Positions 21,345-32,139 of a DNA stretch of 64,000 nucleotides are shown piece after piece. The stretch's first letter is position 1. Every line of letters starts with the position of its first letter. The position numbers and the translations under genes were made by a program. This DNA is from an uncultured Gemmataceae bacterium. GTDB lineage: Bacteria; Planctomycetota; Planctomycetia; Gemmatales; Gemmataceae. The notes beneath the pieces were generated by a model. It worked only from the letters and a program-made list of their open reading frames with translations. It did no database searches and had not been told where the DNA came from. The stretch is from the NCBI GenBank assembly GCA_963750165.1, contig CAVVPN010000003.1, forward strand, positions 896,001 to 960,000, given 5' to 3'.

Positions 21345-22001
21345 TCAGCGCTGCAGTTCCAGCACGGCCCACAGGCTGGGGTCTTCCCAGTACGGGAAGT
21401 CGGCGTTGACACCGAGCGTCTGTTCGCCCAGCTCGGCGTCGCGGATGGCGTAGAAGACGCCGAGGCGTGGGTTCTGCTCCGGGTCGAAGCCGTGCAGCAC
21501 CGCGGCCGGCAGGAACGCCTCGACGCGGTAGCCGCCGCGAATCGGCGCCGCCCGGAACGGCACGGCACCGGCGGCGCACAGCGGCGCGTCCTGCAGCGCT
21601 CGGTGGATTTTCGTTTGCAGGACGACCGGTTCATCGAGATCGGGGCCGCCGCCGCTGGGCAGGAAGTGGAACTGATGGCAATAGCGGGTGGCACGATGGC
21701 CGGTGCGGGCGTCGCGGGTGTCGAGCCAGAGGGTGACGCCATCGGAGCCGCGCGGCCGGTCGGCGGTGCCCTGCGGCGGCTGGTTCTTGCCCTTCACCTC
21801 GACCTGCAGGCCGATGCCGAGGAGGTTCCACGCCAGGCGCACGTCGGCGAAGTTGCGCGGCTGATCGGGGCCGGCGAAGTTGTCCAGCCGGCAGGCCTCC
21901 GGCAGTTCGATGAGGTGATCGCCCTGTTCGCTGGGCAGGTCGTTGACCAGTAGGCAGGGGTGCGCGACGCGGAACAGGAAACGCGGTGGGACCAGCGGCA
22001 T
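21345..22001 (-). CDS. Hypothetical protein (possibly CBM9/DOMON-like)
   Basis: Good codon bias; FADVRLAWN, DGVTLWLDT, GYRVEAFLP. Confidence 0.6.
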   Translation of the reverse strand: MPLVPPRFLFRVAHPCLLVNDLPSEQGDHLIELPEACRLDNFAGPDQPRNFADVRLAWNLLGIGLQVEVKGKNQPPQGTADRPRGSDGVTLWLDTRDARTGHRATRYCHQFHFLPSGGGPDLDEPVVLQTKIHRALQDAPLCAAGAVPFRAAPIRGGYRVEAFLPAAVLHGFDPEQNPRLGVFYAIRDAELGEQTLGVNADFPYWEDPSLWAVLELQR

Positions 22002-22015
22002 GACAGCAATCCTTT

Positions 22016-22146
22016 TTAGCCACAGAGGACACAGAGGACACAGAGAGGAAAATAGCGAAAAGTGAAAAAGAAGCAGGGGTTGCCCGTCGTCCCTTCTTTT
22101 CCCTCTCTGTTTTTCTCTCTGTGTCCTCTGTGTCCTCTGTGGCTAA
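22016..22146. repeat. Perfect 32-bp inverted repeat made of 9-nt CACAGAGGA units
   Basis: TTAGCCACAGAGGACACAGAGGACACAGAGAG (22016-22047) and its exact reverse complement (22115-22146). Confidence 0.9.
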
Positions 22147-22150
22147 TTCT

Positions 22151-23077
22151 TCATTTCAACAGGCTGCGCTGCAAGACTTCCCGGGCGCGCTCGAACTCGG
22201 GCTGCCACTCAATCTCTGGCCCACCGGTGGCGAGGCAGTCGCGGAGTTTTTCGAGCGTGTTACGGGCCATGTGCGGACACTTGTTGCAGGCGCAGGTGAT
22301 GCCCGGCACCGGGTGGTAGCGGTGCCGTGGCGTCTTGCTCTGCAACTGCCAGAGCATGTTCGCTTCCGTGGCGACCAGGAAGTCCGTCGGCTCACGATGG
22401 CCCTCGACGAACTTCAGCATCGCCTCGGTGCCGCCGACGTAATCGCTGTGCTCGCGGATGTTGGCCGGGCACTCCGGATGCGCCAGCGTGACCGCGTGCG
22501 GCAGCCGCCGCTTGAGCGCCAGCAGGTCGCCGACGCTGAAAATCTCGTGGACAATGCAGGCGCCGTCCCAGAGGATCATCGGCCGGCCGGTCACTTCTTG
22601 CAGATATTGCCCCAGGTGGCGATCCGGCACGAACAGGATTTCGCGGTCGGCGGGCACCCGGCGGATGACCTCCTCGGCGTTGCCGGAGGTGACCACCCAG
22701 TCCGACAGTGCCTTGACCGCGGCGCTGCTGTTGATGTACGTGACGGTCTGAAAACGACGGCCGTTCTCGCGCAGCATCTCCTGGTAGCGGTGCAGCTTCA
22801 CGGCCGGGCAGCTGTCCGCGAGACTGCAACCGGCCTTCAGGTCGGGCAACAGCACACGCTTGTCGGGGTTGAGCATCTTGGCCGTCTCGGCCATGAAGTG
22901 GACGCCGCAGAAGACGATGGTGTTCGTCTCAACCTGCGTGGCGACGCGGGCCAGTTTCAGGCTGTCGCCGGTGAAATCGGCCAGTTCCTGAATGTCGCCG
23001 TCCTGGTAGTAGTGGGCGAGAATGGTGGCGTTCTCGCGCCGTTTGAGGGAGGTGATCTCGTCAATGAGGTCGGTCAT
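22151..23077 (-). CDS. nadA: Quinolinate synthase
   Basis: [39 protein letters not shown]. Confidence 0.95.
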   Translation of the reverse strand: MTDLIDEITSLKRRENATILAHYYQDGDIQELADFTGDSLKLARVATQVETNTIVFCGVHFMAETAKMLNPDKRVLLPDLKAGCSLADSCPAVKLHRYQEMLRENGRRFQTVTYINSSAAVKALSDWVVTSGNAEEVIRRVPADREILFVPDRHLGQYLQEVTGRPMILWDGACIVHEIFSVGDLLALKRRLPHAVTLAHPECPANIREHSDYVGGTEAMLKFVEGHREPTDFLVATEANMLWQLQSKTPRHRYHPVPGITCACNKCPHMARNTLEKLRDCLATGGPEIEWQPEFERAREVLQRSLLK

Positions 23078-23249
23078 AGCGGGTCCTTGTTTTTTGTGTG
23101 GCGTAGGAGCAACCCACAGCTCGTCCAACCGCGATGGTTGGTTTCTTGTCACCATTGTAGGCGCCCGGCCAGAGGGAACATGGGCAATTCGCCACATTTC
23201 TTCCGATTTCCTTCACGGAGCCTTCTTCCTTCAAAAGCGAATACACTGC

Positions 23250-23277
23250 TTGAAATGTCGATACCTTCCGATATAAT
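23250..23277 (+). promoter_or_regulatory. Sigma-70 promoter overlapped by putative ArsR operator
   Basis: TTGAAA-N16-TATAAT overlapping ATGTCG-N8-CGATAT (23255-23274). Confidence 0.65.
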
Positions 23278-23294
23278 TGACTCAGGAGGAAGCC

Positions 23295-23618
23295 ATGACC
23301 CCCGCGCGATCAACACCAGAGACGGCGCCGGCCCTGCTGGACCTGGCGGCTCTGGAGCAGGCGGCCGAGTGCCTGCGCACGCTCGCCCATCCGCATCGGC
23401 TGCGGATCGTGCAACTGCTGCTGCACGGCCGCTACACCGTGGGCGAACTGGCCGACGCCTGTGGCATTCCCAGCCACATGGCCTCGGAGCATCTGCGACT
23501 CATGCAGCGCTGCGGCTTTCTGGACAGCGAGAAGGAGGGGCGCAAGACGTTTTATCGCGTCACCGAGCCGCACCTGGCCAACCTGCTGGCCTGCATCCAG
23601 GCCCGCTTCAGCGGCTGA
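23295..23618 (+). CDS. ArsR/SmtB family repressor
   Basis: LAHPHRLRI, TVGELA, SEHLRLM, EGRKTFY; AGGAGG RBS. Confidence 0.9.
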   Translation: MTPARSTPETAPALLDLAALEQAAECLRTLAHPHRLRIVQLLLHGRYTVGELADACGIPSHMASEHLRLMQRCGFLDSEKEGRKTFYRVTEPHLANLLACIQARFSG

Positions 23619-23632
23619 TTTTTTTCTGGTTT

Positions 23633-23660
23633 ATGTCGGCAAGTAGCGACATTACGATAT
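23633..23660. promoter_or_regulatory. Second putative ArsR operator
   Basis: ATGTCG-N8-CGACAT plus an extra CGATAT half-site. Confidence 0.6.
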
Positions 23661-23695
23661 TTTGACTTCAACATCTCTTGCGAAAGGAGATCGCC

Positions 23696-24250
23696 GTGAA
23701 CGTCACCACCATCACCCCAAAACAACTGCACGAACTGCGCAGCGCCGGCAAGGCCGTCGATCTGATCGACGTGCGCACACCGGTAGAGTTCCGTGAGCTG
23801 CACGCCGAGGGCGCCCGTAACGTGCCGCTTGACCGCCTCGAACCAACAGCCCTGCTGCAAAGCCGCAACGGCTCCGCGGAGCAAGCGCTGTACGTCATCT
23901 GTCGCTCCGGCGGCCGCGGCCAGAAGGCGTGCGAAAAACTGCTGGCGGCGGGCTGCCGGGAGGTCGTCAACGTCGAGGGCGGCACCCTGGCGTGGGCGGC
24001 GAACGGCCTGCCGGTCGTCCGCGGTCGCAAGGCGATGTCGCTGGAGCGCCAGGTGCGCATCGCAGCGGGCTCACTGGTGCTGCTCGGTACGGTTCTGGGC
24101 TGGCTGATCGATCCAGTTTTCCTTGGCCTGTCGGCGTTCGTTGGGGCGGGCCTGGTGTTCGCGGGCATCACCGACACCTGCGGCATGGGCATGTTGCTGG
24201 CGCGGATGCCGTGGAACCAGGTGGGCGGCTCCAACTGTGCCGTCCGTTGA
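23696..24250 (+). CDS. Rhodanese-DUF2892 (YgaP-like) membrane sulfurtransferase
   Basis: IDVRTPVEF, active-site CRSGGR, SLERQVRI, GITDTCGMGMLLARMPWN. Confidence 0.88.
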   Translation: MNVTTITPKQLHELRSAGKAVDLIDVRTPVEFRELHAEGARNVPLDRLEPTALLQSRNGSAEQALYVICRSGGRGQKACEKLLAAGCREVVNVEGGTLAWAANGLPVVRGRKAMSLERQVRIAAGSLVLLGTVLGWLIDPVFLGLSAFVGAGLVFAGITDTCGMGMLLARMPWNQVGGSNCAVR

Positions 24251-24366
24251 TGCCGGTGCAAACCGCAGGGAGCCGTCGATCAGCTACAATGGCGGCGTGA
24301 TGGTGCACGCCGTCTTTCGCACCCGTTACACCCCCAGTACCGGCATCAAGGACGCCGTGAACTGAC

Positions 24367-24585
24367 ATGCCGACGTTAGCGCTGCGTGGAGAGTCGATCA
24401 CGCTGGCCCAGGCCGTCAAGGCGGCGGGGCTGGCGGACAGCGGCGGCCAGGCCAAACACCTGGTGCGTGCGGGCGGCGTGCGCGTCAACGGCGTTGTCGA
24501 AACGCGGCCGGGCCGTAAACTGGTCCGCGGCGACCGCTTCCAGGCCGGCGACGCCGAGCCCTGGTCGATCAACGACACCTCGTAA
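24367..24585 (+). CDS. S4-domain RNA-binding protein (YaaA/YbcJ-like)
   Basis: ITLAQAVKAAGLADSGGQAK, VRVNGVVETRPGRKL. Confidence 0.85.
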   Translation: MPTLALRGESITLAQAVKAAGLADSGGQAKHLVRAGGVRVNGVVETRPGRKLVRGDRFQAGDAEPWSINDTS

Positions 24586-24797
24586 CCGTTCATCTCAAAA
24601 AAGTCGCGCAGCTGCCCGGTAGACTTTTTCCTACACCCTGAGCATGGGAAAGCCGGACTGTCCTGACTGCCAGGCCCTGTTGCAGGGGATCGCCCCCCTG
24701 GAGGCGCGGGTGCGTGAATTGGAAGCACGCCTGAACAGCAATTCCTCTAACTCCTCCATCCCGCCCTCCGCCAATCCGTTGGGGGCACCCAAGCCTT
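24582..24797 (+). mobile_element. IS66-family remnant: left end plus transposase N-terminus (DUF6444-like)
   Basis: GTAACCGTTCA end; ORF from 24644 with LEARVRELEARLNSNSSNSSIPPSANP, then similarity is lost. Confidence 0.7.
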
Positions 24798-24936
24798 GCG
24801 TCAGGTCAATGAGCCGGCCAGCGGCGGTCTTGCATCGGCTGTCAAGCTGGAAGGGGTCGGACTCCCGCCACAACTCGATCTCGGACGCGGCGCCCGGGCT
24901 CGGACGGTCCACGCACGATCAGGCCGATCCGGAAGG

Positions 24937-27900
24937 TTACGGCAAAAGCTCCCCGCTGGCTGCCAGGTTCACCTCAATCGTCATCAGGTCGAGGCCGGAG
25001 CCGGCCCAGGAGTCGATCTCCTGCTGGGAGGCGGCGGTGCGGTGCAGCAGGTTCGGCAGGAATGGCAGCGGCGACACGCCGTAGTAGGCACGCACTGCCC
25101 GCTCCCGGAACTCCAGCGAGGCCTCCAGGCCCAGCGCCACCGCCGCCGGCCCCTGCGTGTTCAGGGTCGAGCGCCAGGCCGCGACCTCGGCGGCGCTGAC
25201 CGCCGCCGGGGCGCGGCCCAGCAGCACTGCGTACAGACCGACGATGGTGTTGGCGCCCGCGTCGGGGCCGCCGATCAGCTGGTTGGCGCGGTTGGCGAAC
25301 TCCGGCGTATTGCCGGCGATGCCAGCGATCACCGACTCGAGCGTCGCCCCGGCCAGCAGCTGCCCCGACCAGCCCGCCAGGCCGGCGGCGTCGGGGGCGC
25401 GGCCGAGCAACAACTGGTACAGCTCCCCGACGCGCCGCTGCACCGACTCGGGCGAGCGCTGGATGGCCGCCGCCACCGTCTCCGCACCCCCTACCAGTTG
25501 CCGCGCCCAGTGCAACTGCTCCGCCAGGCTGGCCGGCCGCCCCAGGAAATCCTGATACAGTTGATTGACGTACTGTCGGTCGGTGATGGTCGTCCCGGGG
25601 TTCAACTGGTCGATATGCACCGAGATGTTGTAATCCCCCGGCACGGCGTAGGTGTGCTGGCCCAGAACCGTGACTGTGTTGCCGTTCACTTGCAGACTCC
25701 CGAGTTCCGGCGGTGAGCCATCGCCCCAGTCAATGGTGGCGCGGTAGAAGTTGTAAATGGTTTCCCCCAGGGAGGCCGAGCCGGCCTCCAGGCCGCCGGG
25801 GTCGGTGAACGTCGCCACCTTCACCAGACCGAGTGACGCATTCACGTTGCCCGCGATGGGGTCGGCTTGCACCAGGTTCACTTGCGGGTCGCTCACGTTG
25901 GCCGTGCTGGTCGTCGTCGATTGCGGGGCCGGGACGGGGTTGGAGGCCGCGGCGACGATCTTGACCTCAATCGTCATCAGGTCGAGGCTGGAGTTCGCCC
26001 AGGAGTCGATCTCCTGCTGGGAGGCGGCGGTGCGGTGCAGCAGGTTCGGCAAGAACGACAGCGGCGACACGCCGTAGTAGGCACGCACTGCCCGCTCCCG
26101 GAACTCCGGCGAGGCCTCCAGGCCCAGCGCCACCGCCGCCGGCCCCAGCGTGTCCAGGGTCGAGCGCCAGGCCGCGACCTCGGCGGCGCTGACCGCCGCC
26201 GGGCGCGGCCCAGCAGCACCGTGTACAGGCCGACGATGGTGTTGGCGTTCCCGTCAGGGCCGCCGATCAGCTGGTTGGCGCGGTTGGCGAACTCCGGCGT
26301 ATTGCCGGCGATGCCAGCGATCACCGACTCGAGCGTCGCCCCGGCCAGCAGCTGCCCCGACCAGCCCGCCAGGCCGGCGGCGTCGGGGGCGCGGCCGAGC
26401 AACAACTGGTACAGCTCCCCGACGCGCCGCTGCACCGCCTCGGGCGAGCGCTGGATGGCCGCCGCCACCGTCGCGGCGTCGGCCACCTGCCGCGGCCACT
26501 GCGCCTGTTCCGCCGCGCCGGCCGGCCGCCCCAGGTACGCCTGGTACAACCCTCCGATCAGCGCTTGCCGTTCGAGGTCTGACAGCGGGGTCAATTGCTC
26601 GACGGTCACCGTGATGGCGAAGGTGCCCGGGTCGTGGTAGGTGTGACTGCCCCAGACCGTGAACGTGCTGCCGGTGAGGCTGAGCGTGCCCGACGTTGGC
26701 GTCGTGCCGTCGCCCCAGTCGATGGCGGCGCGGTAGTAATCGTTGATCGTGCCGCCCGGGCTGAAGGCGTCCGGTTCGGGGCCGCCCGGGTCGGTGAACG
26801 TCGCCACCGGTTGCAGCGTCGCGGCGGCGGCCTGCACGGCGGTGAAGGTGAGGCCCCCGGTGAGGATCACCGGCGGGTCGCTGACGAGGACCTGGAACGT
26901 ACCCAGTCCGCCGTTGCCGGCCTGGTCGGCGACGCTGACCTGGACCGTGTAACCGCCCGGAGGGCCTGGGTAGCCGTAGGTGTGCGGTTGAGCGGGGATG
27001 GCGCCCGCGAGATTGACGTTGGCCAGGACCGTGGGCTGCGTGCCGTCGCCCCAGTTAATGGTGACCGAGTAGGTGCCCGGACTGGCGAGCGCGCCGACGC
27101 CGAGGCTGGCGGCCATCTCCTCGACGGCGGACTGGGAGCCGGGCGGGCTGTAGACAAACTGATTCTCGAACGCCCCGATGTCCTGGCGGCCGTTGACGAC
27201 GCGGGTCAGCCCGCGCTGGTCGAAGGGGCCGTCGGTGCTCGGGTCGCCCTCGCCGGCGTCAAGGGCGGGGCTGGAGGTGCCGGTGACGGTGCGCAACAGG
27301 GCCATGGTCTGCGTCGGCCCGCCGTAATTGCCCAGCGGTTGCAGGAGCGGGTTCACGTTCTGCAGGTCGCTCGCGGCGAAACCGCTCCCGCCGGTGGTGT
27401 TGCCGATCAGGTTGTGCCCCTGGGAGCCGAGGGCGCCGGCGACATCGAAGCCGGTGTTGTTCGCGAGGATGGTGTCGCGCACGCTGGCGGTGCCGCCCTG
27501 GTTAAAGAAACCGCCGCCAACGTCGGTGCCGCTGGCCCGGCCGAAAGCGCTGTTGCTGGCGATGGTGCTGGTGGTGATGACGACGTTGCCGCCGCCCTGG
27601 TTGAAGACGCCGCCGCCGAGGCCCTGGCCGCTCCCGCCGGTGCTGTTCAGCCCCATGCCGCCGCTGCCGAAGTCCGCGGTGTTGCCGGCGATGGTGCTGT
27701 TGCGGATCGTGACCGATCCCCCGTTGACGTTGAAGACGCCGCCGCCCAAACCGGCCCCGCCGCCGCCGCCCCCGTTGCTGCCGTCGCCGCCGCCGAAGCC
27801 GCCCAAACCAGGCCCGCCGCCGCCGCTGCCCGAACTGCCGTCGCCGCCGCCGCCGCCGCCGCCGAAGCCGCCCGCGCCGCCACTGTAGATGCCGTAGGCG

Positions 27901-28742
27901 GGTTCACGGGCCGCACCACCGCCACCGCCGCCGAGGCCGCCCGCGCCGCCGTTACCGGAATTGTCGTCAGTGAACCCGCCTAAACCGCCGTTGATACCGC
28001 CGCCGTTGCCGCCCTGGATTTCCACATTACCGCTGTTGCTGCCACCATTGCCGCCCACGGCGCTGTTGCTCGACACGGTGCTCGACAACAACGTCAGCAC
28101 CCCCCGATTGAAGATGCCGCCGCCCAGCCCGGCCCCGCCACCGCCGCCGCCGCCGAGACCGTTCGGGCTGCCCGCGCCGCCCTGGGCCACGCTGTTGGTG
28201 ATGGCGACACGACTGAGCGTCAACATACCGTCGTTGTAGATGCCGCCGCCGCCCTCATCGAAGGTTTCACCGATGTTGATTTCGGAGGAGTTGATCGCGT
28301 TCATCACCAGTCCTGCGGTGATCGTCAGGTCGGATATTTGCACCACGGCCGGGGGGGACTCATTCCTGGGGCCGAAGACCTCGAAGACGCGCGAGTGGTT
28401 ATTCCCGCTGACGGTGAGCCGGTCCGCCCCCAGGCCGGTGATGGTGAGATTGTGCGTGATCGCCAGTTCGCCGCTCGTGAGCGTGATGGTCTGCCCGGCC
28501 AGGCTGGGGTCGAAGGTGATGACATCGCCCGCGGCGCTGGCGAGGATCGCGGCGCGCAGCGAGCCGGGGTCGGCGTCGGTGGTGTTCGTCACCACCAGAT
28601 TCGCTGGCGCCAGCCGGTCTTCCAGGATCTCCAGGCGGAGCGCCGCGAACCGCAGTCGGTGGCGCGGGCCGGGGTGACGATGGCACGAGACCGACCGCGG
28701 AGACAGGCCCAACAGCTTCCGGATCCAGGAGTGGACTATCAT
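24937..28742 (-). CDS. Large surface protein: planctomycete extracellular signal, Gly-rich/choice-of-anchor-Q-like region, PKD-like and DUF4214-like repeats; frameshift near 26201
   Basis: LRLEILEDRLAPA, PLGNYGGPTQT...DQRG...DIGAFE, three (I)DWGDG/NWGDG units, LYQLLLGRAPDAAGLAGW twice. Confidence 0.8.
24971..26471. repeat. ~500-bp near-identical intragenic duplication (24971-25480 and 25964-26471)
   Basis: Direct comparison of the two stretches. Confidence 0.9.
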
Positions 28743-29270
28743 GATGGTGTCTCTAAAAAAGGGGGACGGCAAGCCGAGCAGTCTCGTTCTGTAGACACCC
28801 GAACGCCGCAACAGCGCTACGCTTGATCCGCGATCGCCATGCCCGGGTGTTCCGTCAGGGGCCGAAGTGGCTGGCGGGACGCCGCGGCGGGGTGAGGGCC
28901 GCGGGGCGGAAGAGGGTAGGGGCGACCATGGTGACTCGGCGAACAGGGCGGCAAACCTACAATCTATCTACACCCTGGGAAGATAAGGAACCTGGGGAAG
29001 ACATTGCAAGCCTTTTCTTCAGCAAATACAGAATAATAGGTAGCACAGCCTGTGCAAAGCGAACACGCTCCCGGCACGCCCTGCTTACCCAGGACAGCCG
29101 ATAGGATCCGGCCTTTTCGACTATTGTTCATTTCCCATCATGTCGATTCATTCAACAGGACCGGTTTGATCCCCCGTGCCCGGTGGGCCGACTGCTGGGC
29201 CGCCGGCGCCACGATTGTTAGCATCGACCGCCCTGGGGCGGATCGATGGTACAGCCCTACGAGGAGTGCT

Positions 29271-30482
29271 ATGCGTCCCCTTCCCGTCCTGCTGGCGGCC
29301 GCGGCCCTGCTGGTGGTGGCCGTCCCCGCGGCTCGGTCCCAGAGCCTGGATTCATTCCCGTTCAACCCCCGGTTGCCGGCGCCGCCCGGCTGCTGCCAGC
29401 CTCTTTACCAGTACCCTGGCAGCCTGTATTCCATGCCGTCCCAGTCCCCCCAGACGCCCGACGGCAAGGAGACCAGCCCGCTGAGCACGCCTTCCTCGAT
29501 CGGCGACACGGCCGCGCAGGCCGGCGCCGCGCCGACCCCGTCCGCGGACGCCGGCACGGGGGCGGGCCAGAGCGCGGGTATCGGCTTTAACCCGGCCATG
29601 TTCGGCGATCTGATCGGCGGCCCGACGGTGATTACCAAGGTGCGCATCAACGGGAACAACCCGCTCACCACCACGCCGGGCGCGGTGCTCACCGCCACGT
29701 CGCGCCAACCGCTGCTGAACCGCGGCACGTTCAAGATCGCGGACAACGACAGCCCGCGGCCAGTGGACCGAGTCTTTGTCACCTACAACTATTTCGACAC
29801 CGTCAACACCTTCACCTCCGGTATCCCGGGCTTCAACGTCAACCGCGAGATGTTCGGCTTCGAGAAGACCTTCGCCTACGGCAACGGCTCGTTTCAGATG
29901 CGCTTGCCATACCTCCAGCTGGAGAACGCCGTCGGCGCCCCCAGCAGCAACATCTCGGGCGACATGACCCTGGTCCTGAAGTACGCCGTCATCAACGACC
30001 GGCAGACCGGCAACGTCCTGTCCGGCGGCGTGGCCTTGACGCTGCCCACGGGTGACTCGTTCCTCGCCGCGACGGGCGAGACCATTCACGACACCCTGAT
30101 CCAGCCGTGGGTCGGCTACATCTACAACCTGGACCGCCTGTATGTGCAGGGATACCTGGCCGTGGTGGTCCCCACCGACTCACGGGACGCGACCCTGCTG
30201 TTCAACGACATTGGCCTGGGCTACTGGGCCTACCGCAACCCCGACCCGACCGAGTTCTTCCGGGGCATTGTGCCGACCATCGAGGCCCACCTGCTCGACC
30301 CGCTGTCGCACCGCGGCTCGCAGAGCCTGCCGGTCGGCTTGCCGGACTACCTGACCTTCACGGGCGGCGTGAACTTCGTCTTCGGCACAAACTCGACCCT
30401 GGGATTCGCCCTCGGCACCCCGGTCACCGGCCCGCGGCCGTACAATTACGAGGGCACGGTCGCACTCAATATCCGTTTTTAG
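29271..30482 (+). CDS. Predicted outer-membrane beta-barrel protein
   Basis: Signal peptide, DSPRPVDRVFVTYNYF, amphipathic strands, C-terminal VALNIRF. Confidence 0.65.
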   Translation: MRPLPVLLAAAALLVVAVPAARSQSLDSFPFNPRLPAPPGCCQPLYQYPGSLYSMPSQSPQTPDGKETSPLSTPSSIGDTAAQAGAAPTPSADAGTGAGQSAGIGFNPAMFGDLIGGPTVITKVRINGNNPLTTTPGAVLTATSRQPLLNRGTFKIADNDSPRPVDRVFVTYNYFDTVNTFTSGIPGFNVNREMFGFEKTFAYGNGSFQMRLPYLQLENAVGAPSSNISGDMTLVLKYAVINDRQTGNVLSGGVALTLPTGDSFLAATGETIHDTLIQPWVGYIYNLDRLYVQGYLAVVVPTDSRDATLLFNDIGLGYWAYRNPDPTEFFRGIVPTIEAHLLDPLSHRGSQSLPVGLPDYLTFTGGVNFVFGTNSTLGFALGTPVTGPRPYNYEGTVALNIRF

Positions 30483-30670
30483 TGAGCGGCGGCAAAAGTA
30501 CTTGTGGACCCGCGCGCCCTCACTATGGTAAACGCTAGAAGGCGCCGGCGGGGCCACGGGTTGGGCCTGAACGGCTAACGCGGCCATCAGGCTGGCGGAC
30601 AAAACCTTGAGCCCGCGGCCAACGTCGTGGGGCCCTGGTTCGGGGAGCAGTGCCGAGGAGTTCTCCTTCC

Positions 30671-32104
30671 ATGTCCGCTCAACCGGTACACTGGCACGAG
30701 GGCATGTTCCTGCTGCCACAACACCTGCAGGCGGCGCAACGGCACGGCGCCCACCAAACCCGGCTCGGTGACAGGTGGACGCAGCACTACGGCTGGGGCC
30801 TGCGGGCCTGCGAGCTGGACCTCGACGCCCTTGCCAATCACCGCCTGGTAGTCCGTAAACTTCACGCCCGTCTGGGCGATGGCACCCTGGTCACCGTCCC
30901 CGAGGATGGCCTGCTGCCAGACCTGGACCTGCAGGGTGCGCTGGACCGCGTCGGCACGGTTCGCGTCTACCTCGCTGTGCCGACCTTTGACCTGAGCCGG
31001 GCCAACGTCTCGGTCAACGGCGCCGACGACCGGGCGCGCTACCGGGTGGACGCGCTGGAGCTGGAGGACGACAGCAGCGGCCAGCACCCCCAGCCGGTGG
31101 AGGTGCGCCGGCTGAACCTCAAACTGCTGCTCTCGACGGCGGACCGTGCCGGCTACGAGACGGTGCCGGTCGCCCAGCTCAAGAAGGCGGATCGCGCCGA
31201 GGCGGCGCCAGAGTTGGACACAGCCTACATCCCGCCGCTGCTGGCCTGCGACGCCTGGAAGCCGCTGGCCCGCGACATCCTCGAGCACCTCTACGACCGG
31301 GTCGGCGCTCTGCTCACCCGGCTTGCGGCGCTCGTGGTCTCGCGGCGGATCAGCCTGGAGAGTCAGTCCCCCGGCGACCGGCTGCTGCTGGAACAGTTAC
31401 GCGCCCTCAATGAGGCGTTCGCCTTGCTGCGGGTCATGACCTTCGCCCAGGGGGTGCATCCGTTCCCCGCTTACCTGGAGTTGTGCTGCCTGGTCGGCCG
31501 CCTGGTCATCTTCAGCCGAAAACTCGGCCCACGGACGCCGGCCGACCTGCCGCTGTATGACCACGACGACCTGGGGCGCTGCTTCTACGCGATGCGGGAT
31601 TACCTGCACGAGATCCTGGACTTTCGCCCCCCGGACTACCAGGAGCGGCCATTCACTCGCGAGCAGGACCGCATGGAGGTCAACCTCGAGCCGGAATGGC
31701 TCGACCCGACCTGGGAAATGTTCGTAGGCGTGGACACCCCGCTGACCACGGACCAGTGCGTCCAGTTACTCAGCCCCAGGGGGCTGGACATGAAGATCGC
31801 CAGCACCGCCCAGGTCGATGCGATCTTCAACCAGGGGCGGATGGGGCTGCTGTTCACCCACGCCCCGCAGCCGCCCTCGGTGCTGCCGGCCCGGCCCAGC
31901 CTGGTGTACTTTCAGGTGGACCGCAAGGCCGAGCCGGGCGTCTGGAAGGATGTCGAGGAGCAGCGGGCCCTGGCCCTGCGCGTCAACGGCGTCGCCAAGA
32001 AGGGCCCGAAGGACGCGGCCAACGAGGTCATCATCCGCGCCGGCGGCGGCCAGACCGCGGCGCTGAAATTCACCCTGTACGTCGTCCGCCGGCTGCACGC
32101 CTGA
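30671..32104 (+). CDS. tssK: T6SS baseplate subunit TssK
   Basis: VHWHEGMFLLPQHLQ, YIPPLL, HPFPAYLEL, YDHDDLGRCF. Confidence 0.92.
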   Translation: MSAQPVHWHEGMFLLPQHLQAAQRHGAHQTRLGDRWTQHYGWGLRACELDLDALANHRLVVRKLHARLGDGTLVTVPEDGLLPDLDLQGALDRVGTVRVYLAVPTFDLSRANVSVNGADDRARYRVDALELEDDSSGQHPQPVEVRRLNLKLLLSTADRAGYETVPVAQLKKADRAEAAPELDTAYIPPLLACDAWKPLARDILEHLYDRVGALLTRLAALVVSRRISLESQSPGDRLLLEQLRALNEAFALLRVMTFAQGVHPFPAYLELCCLVGRLVIFSRKLGPRTPADLPLYDHDDLGRCFYAMRDYLHEILDFRPPDYQERPFTREQDRMEVNLEPEWLDPTWEMFVGVDTPLTTDQCVQLLSPRGLDMKIASTAQVDAIFNQGRMGLLFTHAPQPPSVLPARPSLVYFQVDRKAEPGVWKDVEEQRALALRVNGVAKKGPKDAANEVIIRAGGGQTAALKFTLYVVRRLHA

Positions 32105-32139
32105 GCGGCCGCCGCCAACTCGCTGGGATTGCGCACGCC

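Noticed and set aside
15071..22146. CRISPR array
   Set aside because: The repeats are inverted pairs without spacers, and no cas genes are present.
27590..28260. GCC-rich microsatellite-like tract
   Set aside because: It encodes the Gly-rich region of the surface protein.
30567..30580. TGAACGGCTAAC as the IS66 right end (also GTAAGCG near 63798)
   Set aside because: Short imperfect matches with no target duplication; the second is just a stop codon context.
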